Source of the DNA: Eledone cirrhosa
Lineage: Eukaryota
Direction of reading: 5' to 3'
DNA: 64,000 nucleotides
Assembly: GCA_964016885.1 (NCBI GenBank)
Contig: OZ024747.1
Span: 1,302,001-1,366,000, forward strand
Below are positions 56,384 through 64,000 of this stretch, piece after piece. The notes beneath the pieces were generated by a model. The model was not told the DNA's origin. It saw only the letters and a list, made by a program, of their open reading frames with translations, and searched no databases. How positions within the stretch are numbered: position 1 is the stretch's first letter; each line of letters opens with the position of its first letter. The position numbers and the translations under genes were made by a program.

Positions 56384-56516
56384 GTGTGTGTTACCTCTAC
56401 ATGAAAGAAGTAGAACGTGCAGCATTTCCACGGAGGATGTGGGAGAAGATTCAGTTGGATAACAACTTTGAAAAAGCAATGGCACAGATTAACACAAAGA
56501 TGCTCTACTGGCCTTC
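56384..56516 (+). CDS. MAK16: MAK16 coding exon 4
   Basis: tatag| [45 protein letters not shown]|gtgagt. Confidence 0.96.
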
Positions 56517-57337
56517 GTGAGTACATTTCACTTTTATAATACTTCTAACTGGGGATATAGCATGCCTGGTCCTGTAACTCCTGTAGGGGTGCCATATTGA
56601 CAGGGCATTTTTAAGCCAGATGGAGCCAATCTCTCTAGGCCTGGGATAAAGAGGAAGAATCAACCCCAGTACTGGACTGGTACTTTTTTTTATCTACCAG
56701 TTAACTTTGTCTTCCTTGAATAGATGGAAGACAAAGTTAACTGGCAGGATTTGAACTCAGAAAGCTGAGTCAAAACGAATACCACAAAGCTTTCTATCTG
56801 ATGTTCTGGCAACTCTGCGAATACATCACCTAACGGGGGATAATGGGGGTGCTTAAAGCTGGGCTGGTTGATTAAACTGCTAGAAATAGCAGCCAATATC
56901 TATCAAATCACAACTGTTTTTAAAGGAGAAAGCCATGTTGAATCAATATGACTGATGGTGATAGATCGAACATCTTTGTAGGTTTTCTCAGACGGAAATG
57001 GAATTGTTTTCACTTACACTGAGTTATGGCTTATCACATCAACTCTCTAGTTCAGTACACCTAGCTGTAGCAAAGTATCACCGAGTGGTATTGTTCACTG
57101 TACTATGTGCTATGATAAAGACCACAGTTGCCTTGGTTCATTGTATTGTGTCTATGTTCAAAATACAGTACTGCTAACAGTTGTGTGTACTTAGCTGTAA
57201 GTCGGTACCCCTGAGTGATACAGTACTCTGTATTATGACCAGGATACCCAACTATCAACCATCCACAGTTATTAATGATGTTTCATTGTTTAATAAATTT
57301 ATCCTTTTCATTTCATCTTGTTAATATTTTATTTTAG

Positions 57338-57421
57338 GTATTATCGTCGGAAGTGTCGCCTGAGATTGATTAGAATCAGGCAGTATTTGGCCAGAATGAG
57401 AAAACTTGTTTTGCGTAACAG
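57338..57421 (+). CDS. MAK16: MAK16 coding exon 5
   Basis: ttttag| YYRRKCRLRLIRIRQYLARMRKLVLRN AG|gtaagt; phase consistent with exons 4 and 6. Confidence 0.93.
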
Positions 57422-57960
57422 GTAAGTACTTGTTCAGGGGGAAATAACTATTCTTTCTTCAGTCAAATAATGATGTGTCTTAGAGAGTATATATAAATTT
57501 GACATTAGTTGGTGGAGAGTAAGAAACATACTGACATGTTAGGATGTTATCATACAGTTGTGTAGACAACAACAAGAAACGGCCATTTTCCCTGTTAAAG
57601 GATGGATTTATCTCGTGTGCTCCATGGCAGGCTTCATGTTCCTCATGGCAACATGTTTTTGTGGAAGACCAGCAGTCACCCCATCTCCATGTCTCTGGTA
57701 TTGTTCAAAGGAAAGACAGTGGCTGGTACAGCTTTGTACCAGTGAACTAGAGCAATGTGAAGTAAAGTGTATCATTCAAGAACACAAAATACTGCCTGGT
57801 CTGCAAATTGAACTTACAACCTGACGATTGTTAACCCAATTTAACCACTAAGTGATGTGTCTTCACAGTTGAAACACTATAAAGCTAAATAAAAAATATT
57901 TAGTGTTGTGTAGTTAATATGAATTATTATGAGACATGTAATAAAATACTGATATTTTTG

Positions 57961-58276
57961 TTAAAGCTGGTACAAGACGGTAAAAAATACAAAGAGTAAA
58001 TGAAACAAAATAAAGTAATATTTTACCCAATGTATTTTAACATGATATTTCAGGGCTATTGTCCTCTTTTCAGCTTCAAAGCTGAAACAGTCCAAGACAA
58101 AACAAAACCAGTGATCTGAGTTTTCTTCCTTAACTGGTCTGGTTTGTTTTGTCTTGGAATGTTTCAGCTTTACATCTGAGGGTAATAGCCCTGATATATG
58201 TTAAAATATAGGTAAAACATTACTTTATTTCATCATCTTCTCTTCGTATTTTTCTACCACATTGTATCGTCTTTAA
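57961..58276. mobile_element. Fold-back/MITE-like ~315-bp inverted repeat in MAK16 intron 5
   Basis: Arms include aaagctgaaaca.tccaagacaaaacaaa / tttgttttgtcttgga.tgtttcagcttt, cagggctatt / aatagccctg and aaataaagtaat / attactttattt. Confidence 0.75.
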
Positions 58277-59092
58277 AAAATATATATATTTAGTTATAAT
58301 GTGAAAACAACTTCCCAACAAATTAAAACAATAACTTGAGACATGTTTCACATCAGTTAGGGTTCTTCAATGGTTTCAATGTGATATAACAGAAAGTGAA
58401 TTGTTAGTAAACTACATTTGTTTGTGTGGAATACGGAAGTCAGAGATTTGTGTGGCGTCGCATTTGCAGAGTTGTCTACTGTATCAGTGGAAATAATAGT
58501 CATAAACTAATATTTCAATCATGTTTCAATATTTTCACACTTGATGTCCAGTAGTAATTTATTATCTATCAAAAGTTATCTCCCTTGAACTATGTACTAG
58601 GAATAAAGAGTGAGAAGTGTGTGTGGGGGGGGGGGGGGTCATATGTTACAGTCGGTGCTTATTGTTTGTTCTCTGACTTGAGGTTTGCAGGAGAGGGAGA
58701 TGCAGTCGATTATATTACTGGTACTTAATGACTTTTGTTGATGTGAAGGGACAATGCTAAATAAAATTAAAAGGGGTTTAGTTCATCTGTCATACGAAGC
58801 CACTGATGAGGATGATAAAAACAGTAGTAATAATAACTCACACATATATAATATTAATATATATATATGGGTTAAAAGGACGTTTCAATTGTGTCAAAGA
58901 CATGACAACCTGCCTGGTGTTGGTGCTTCGATAAAATGCACCTTATATGGTCATATAGCAGACAAGTGAAATAAAAATACAAGCTATATTGTTTCCAGAG
59001 TCTGTGATATTTCTTGGCCAAGAATCATCCAATCCAGTTCCACCAAAATTAGTGAAAAATTGATTGAATTTCTTGTATTTTTTTACTTTCAG

Positions 59093-59147
59093 GAGGAAGT
59101 TGGTTCCTTTACAGAGAAATATAGAACGTCGCGAGAAAAGACGAGAG
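59093..59147 (+). CDS. MAK16: MAK16 coding exon 6
   Basis: tttcag| RKLVPLQRNIERREKRRE|gtgagc. Confidence 0.95.
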
Positions 59148-59304
59148 GTGAGCAGAGACGAATGTTGGTACTCTGGTTTAGTACTTTACATGTGGCCAGA
59201 GACAAATGTTGATACTCTGGTTTAGCACTTTACATGTGACCAGGGACATGTTGGTACTACATTAGTTTAGCACTTTACATGTGGCCATGTTTTTCTTATA
59301 TTCA

Positions 59305-59990
59305 GAGTGTAAAAATTGGTGTTCATCAGGGCTCTGTCCTTAGCCGCCTCCTATTTATTATTGCCCTTCAGGCTATAACAGAGGAGTTCAAGACCGGCTG
59401 CCCATGGGAACTTCTCTACGCAGATGATCTAACTCTCATAGCTGAATCGATGGCTGAACTAGAGAAGAAATTCCAAACATGGAAATTACGGAGTAGGCAG
59501 ACCCAGAAAAACCTGGAATGATTTGATAAATTCCGACCTTACACACTTACACCTCTCTAAGACAATGTCGCTGGACCAAGATCTTTGGCGCTACGCAGTA
59601 ATACAGAAGACCCGCCTTGCCTATGTACAAAGCGAAACCTACAGTCAGTAGGCACCTCTTAATCAAATATGCCCCCCTACGACTACCCCAACTCCCCACC
59701 TCACCCCCATTTCAATGTAAAGTTATGTTGGTATCACAACATCCAGTCCTAAATAAATGAGGTCAGGTGGGTGTCCCGACAAAAGAAACACAGTCCACGT
59801 GTAGGTAACACGGTAAAAACCTCCCAGTCCACACTGTAAATGTGGTTGGTGTTAGGAGGGGCATTCAGGCGTAGAAAACCTGCCAGACAGTCCTATACGA
59901 GCAAGACAACCAATCTTGCCTCACGTGGGACAATTCTCATCTAAACCCATGCTAGCGTGGAAGATAGACATTAAACGATGATGATGATGA
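59305..59990 (+). mobile_element. Internally deleted copy of the young RTE LINE in MAK16 intron 6
   Basis: GVHQGSVLS..LLYADD..FQTWK joined directly to the GVGRPRKTW region, then 3' UTR and (GAT)n. Confidence 0.9.
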
Positions 59991-60221
59991 TCCAATATGT
60001 CTTACCCTTTTTTTAAAAGTCAGTACAAATTGATTTGAGGGCGAGTTGACTGCTATTTCTAGCACCTTGATGGATAGAACTTGTGATTAAGAACAAAGAA
60101 GTCATAATTATCTCATCTTATATTCAAGGATAGTCTACCTTGGACTATATTATCTAATGTGTCCTCCAAGATGGAAAGGATTGGTTTGACAGAATTAGTT
60201 AATGATTCTGGGGTCTACCTG

Positions 60222-60433
60222 CACAGTAAGGTGTTATATACACACAGTAAGGTGTTTATATATACACAGTAAGGTGTTTATATATACACAGTAAGGTGTT
60301 TATATATACACACAGTAAGGTGTTATATAAACTCAGTAAGGTGTATATATAGACAGTAAGGTGTCTATATAGACACAGTAAGGTGTTTATGTAGACACAG
60401 TAAGGTGTTTATATAGACACAGTAAGGTGTTAT
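60222..60433. repeat. ~21-bp minisatellite ACACAGTAAGGTGTTTATATA, ~10 copies
   Basis: Direct reading. Confidence 0.9.
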
Positions 60434-60546
60434 ATTGGCATAATCAGTCCTCTCCTACTACCAATATGGTAATCTTCTGGCTAAATTAGAAACTATTATA
60501 AATATTAGTATTTTAAAAAATATAAACCATGGTTATTGTGTTGCAG

Positions 60547-60621
60547 GAGAAAGCATTGGTTGCTGCTCAACTTGACAACGCCATAGAGAAGCAGTTATTA
60601 GAAAGACTCAAATCTGGGGCT
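60547..60621 (+). CDS. MAK16: MAK16 coding exon 7
   Basis: ttgcag| [25 protein letters not shown]|gtaagt. Confidence 0.96.
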
Positions 60622-61074
60622 GTAAGTATTTTATTTCTAAATTTATCTCTTCACTTCACACTTTCAACTGTTTTTCTTGTTTTATTTTTTTGTGTTTGTC
60701 TTTTATCGACTATTTTATTGTTAAAATTGTTGTAGCTGTGTGTATGTGTGAAGTTGTGGTTAGAGTGTCTGGTTCACAATTGTGAGGTTGTGAGTTTGAA
60801 TCCTGGACTCGGCGGTGTGTTGTGTCCTTGAGCAAACAATTGTTGCTGTGTGTATGTGAGAAGTTGGTCTATTGGTTAGAGTGTCTGGTTCGCAATCATG
60901 GGGACAGTCTTTACCCATCCATCCATTTAAAAAAAATATATATCTTAGTTGGCTGGTACATGAGTTTTGTCAATGCTGGATAGTCATCCGATGAGGACAA
61001 CAGTTTGTGTGTGTGACACACAGACTAATGTCTTCACTGGGTGATGAGGATGATTATATATAAACACGCATATC

Positions 61075-61215
61075 ACCGTATTTATTCAAATATAAGCTGA
61101 CCCCACTATTTTGGGTCTGAGAAATGGGCTAAAATCCAAACCTTATTCGCGCAGAATTTGAAGTTGGTGAATTGTCAAAATATTGACTTTGGATATAAGC
61201 TGACCCTGTACACCT
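61075..61215. mobile_element. Possible DNA transposon end (Tc2/pogo-like TIR)
   Basis: Starts CCGTATTTATTC..ATATAAG with an internal repeat atataagctgaccc; recognised by resemblance only. Confidence 0.35.
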
Positions 61216-61234
61216 ACCATCAAGTATATATGGT

Positions 61235-62870
61235 ATATATATATGGAGTATTTACGTATCGAGAGAGAGAAAAAAAAGGAAGGGTAGGTGATACATGTAG
61301 TTATTTGCCAAATAACGTATGCAGAAGGTGCTCAATACTAGTGCCGGCAGTATTAAATATTAGAAGTGTTAATATTTAGTGGGCGAGAGAGTTACCAGAG
61401 TGTAAGCACGTGGAAAAGTAAGAAATCGGAGAACATCGTTAATACATGTTTATTGAAACGTACGTGTTTCGTGCGGTTGGGCTTCTCAAGGGCATAAATA
61501 ACCAAAAGTGTTCCTTACATGGCCCGGAAAGTGTTTTTTTGGGTAAGTTCACGTCATAGTTCATTCTTCGCAAAAAAAGCGTGTTTTGATTTTGCAGTAG
61601 GTCAAGGGAGGTAACTCTGGCCGGTGTTAGGGCAATTTTTCCTAGACATTTTTTTATCCTTTACAAGATGTGGTTACAACCTTACCATTGTCGATATACA
61701 GAGGGTCAAGTAATCAACGCTTATTTTGAAACGTTTGTTTGCTGCACTTGCCCGTCTGGGTCATTTGAAGCTGGGTCTGAGATGCATGGTTAGTTTCCTG
61801 GATGTTTTTTGCAGCGCCTGCCCGCCGGAGTGTTAAAGTTTGTTGCAGAGAGACCCGGTAAACTGTTTCACTCCTCATCCTTATCCCATCTGAAGAAGGA
61901 TATTTTTAAGCGATGAGTACAGCTTATCGTCGTTTCAGCTCTGCTGTTGATGAGCTTGTGGGGTGCAGTTATGATGTGGTAGAGCTCCATGAAGCAAAGA
62001 TCGCACTTCCTCTTGAAGTTGTACGGTGCAGCCCTGCCAACAATATCCCAGTGCGTGGAGAAGCTGATGTTTAAGTCTTTTAATGATGTGATGTAGTCCG
62101 CGAGTGAAGTGGAGTGTCTTAATTTCTTATTTGTGAAAGAGTGGAGATGTGTTCGAAATCTAATTTTGAACGGGCCAGAGGTAGCCCCTATATAATGTTT
62201 AACGCTATTGTGGCTAGTTACAGTGCACCTATATATAACCCTATCAGTCAAGCAGTATCCTCTAAGGGGGCAGCGTCCCCTGTAGCGGCAGTTGCAATTT
62301 CTGTCACGGTTCCTTCTAATTCCCACGGTAAGGCTATCATTATTGCTATCTACGTTGTTACCTTCGCTCCCACACCTGTCATTAGCCCCATTATAACCCA
62401 TTGTGCGCGGGATGGTACCATTATTTATCCACACGTCGTTAAGGCCGATATAGTTATTGTCAGGTGTAGGTGCATCTGTACTAAGGTGTTGTGTCTTGGT
62501 GATCTTACTGTGGTTCGTTGTTCCTATGATGTCTGCTAGGTTAGGAGTAGTAGAGAAGGATATTTTTATATTGTTCCTATTAAGGATTTTTCTATACCTA
62601 TGGTTGGGCGGGAAGTTCTCTAAGGCTTCGAAGAATATCCGGGGTATGTTGGAGGCCACACTCCGAGAGTAGGAGGGGTGGGGGTGAAACCATAGGACGT
62701 TACGGTGGCGATTATGTGTCCTTGTACGTTTGCTATGGGTGGTTCCGTCAAGGTGACCGTTCTTATGCATGTTAATGGTTATTTATGCTCTTGAGAAGCC
62801 CAACCAGGCAAAATGTACGTAGGTGCTGTTTTAAATAAACATGTATTAACGGTCTGTTCTCCGATTTCTT

Positions 62871-62875
<5 letters not shown>
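61235..62875 (-). mobile_element. Penelope-like element in MAK16 intron 7 with inverted pseudo-LTR
   Basis: GIY-YIG ORF; 62775-62872 is a reverse-complement copy of 61418-61505, the typical inverted-pLTR arrangement. Confidence 0.87.
61868..62770 (-). CDS. Penelope-like ORF C-terminal part (linker, Cys cluster, GIY-YIG endonuclease)
   Basis: RNVLWF..YSRSVASNI, NRNNIKISFS..PNL, CNCR..CPL.G.C...VIY..YIGAT..FK.RF..H, CDLC..E. Confidence 0.85.
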   Translation of the reverse strand: MHKNGHLDGTTHSKRTRTHNRHRNVLWFHPHPSYSRSVASNIPRIFFEALENFPPNHRYRKILNRNNIKISFSTTPNLADIIGTTNHSKITKTQHLSTDAPTPDNNYIGLNDVWINNGTIPRTMGYNGANDRCGSEGNNVDSNNDSLTVGIRRNRDRNCNCRYRGRCPLRGYCLTDRVIYRCTVTSHNSVKHYIGATSGPFKIRFRTHLHSFTNKKLRHSTSLADYITSLKDLNISFSTHWDIVGRAAPYNFKRKCDLCFMELYHIITAPHKLINSRAETTISCTHRLKISFFRWDKDEE

Positions 62876-62909
<34 letters not shown>

Positions 62910-63530
62910 GTGTTTGGCATAATTAGTTTCCATTTTGGGGCTGTGTGGTGTGTGCAAGACAGTGATGGTTTGGTATAGAGTGGGATTTCAGAGTACAGAG
63001 ATGGGGTGGTGAATGGTTTGAGACAAAGTAGGGATTAGTATGTAGTGATGGTGGATTAGTACGTAGGGTGGATGTCAGTGTAGTGGTGAGGGTGATGGTG
63101 CTAGGTTTGGGATGGAGGGGGTGCTAGGTTTGGGAGGGTGGGGCTGTGTCAGAGGAAGAAATGTAAGTATGAAGAGCAGAAGGTCATCCGGGAAAGAGCT
63201 GTCATAATCATCTCCTCAGCATCATCTCAGGTGTGTGGGGATGGGGGGGTTCGAAGAAGATGTGATGGAGGTGTTAGGTGGCGGGTAGAGGAGTGGGATG
63301 TATGGTGGCATAAGAGAGGGGGGTGAGGATAAGATAGTTCACTTTACTTTGTCTTTGTATGTGTGTACGTATACTTACACACACGCACACATATATATAC
63401 ACATGTTTCTCTATGTGTTATATAATCGGTTTAGAATCGCTATATATATGTATGTGGAGTGAGTTGATGAGGAGATAATCATACATATAATTTCTTTCTC
63501 CCCCCCCCCCCCCCGTTTCTTGTCTTCTAG

Positions 63531-63713
63531 TATAACGAGGTGTACAACTTCCCAATGAAAGCATTCAGCAAAGTTCTGGACGGAGAAGAGGTAGAGGAAG
63601 AGGAGGAGGAAGAAGAAGAAGAAGAAGAAGAGATTGACAGTGAAGAGGAAGGACAGCGTGGGCGGATTGCAAAGGAGGTAGAAGAGGAGATGGAGAAGGA
63701 GAAAGGTGATGCG
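63531..63713 (+). CDS. MAK16: MAK16 coding exon 8 (start of acidic tail); gene continues past the window
   Basis: ttctag| YNEVYNFPMKAFSKVLDGEEVEEEE..EKGDA|gtaagg; conserved Y..(I/V)YNFP..AF.K.L. The exact donor site is less certain. Confidence 0.9.
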
Positions 63714-63869
63714 GTAAGGATATCTCTTTATTATTACTTTCAACGTATGTCTACATACACACACACACATGTAAATATCTTAGGTGTGTAAGTACAGTTA
63801 CAAGTGGTATACTGCTCGAAGTATATATATATATGTATATATGTATATGTATATATATATGTATATATT

Positions 63870-63902
<33 letters not shown>

Positions 63903-64000
63903 TTATATATATGTATATATATTTATATATATGTATATATATTTATATATATGTATATATATTTATATATATGTATATATATATATGTATATATATTTAT

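Overview
AT-rich, repeat-dominated eukaryotic genomic DNA. The SINE families, RTE LINEs and giant (TA/CA)n arrays look like a coleoid cephalopod, most likely an octopus; this is inferred from repeat content only. One confidently identifiable host gene is present: MAK16 (60S ribosome biogenesis factor), + strand, 8 coding exons with GT-AG introns from 53534 to 63713 and continuing beyond the window. A candidate orphan 124-aa ORF lies at 1715-2089 (-). The rest is transposable elements and tandem repeats: a young RTE LINE family with an internal PHD-type finger, several older RTE families, CR1 and R4/Dong fragments, two Penelope-like elements, a Helitron, Tc1/mariner relics, tRNA-derived SINEs, a 6-kb 24-26 bp satellite, about 10 kb of compound TA/CA microsatellite and several minisatellites. 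The most interesting signals are RNA-structural: (i) a type I hammerhead-like motif with an 11-bp stem I but no stem II (50710-50760); (ii) a degenerate hammerhead at the end of a Penelope-like element; (iii) a ~600-bp bipartite non-autonomous RTE-like element whose 5' end is structured and shows a compensatory base-pair change between two copies; (iv) a pre-miRNA-like hairpin and a long fold-back inside MAK16 introns; (v) a satellite whose monomer also flanks the far side of a LINE like a target-site duplication. Most long ORFs in the supplied track are artefacts of simple repeats. TE boundaries are approximate and family assignments come from motif recognition, not database searches.
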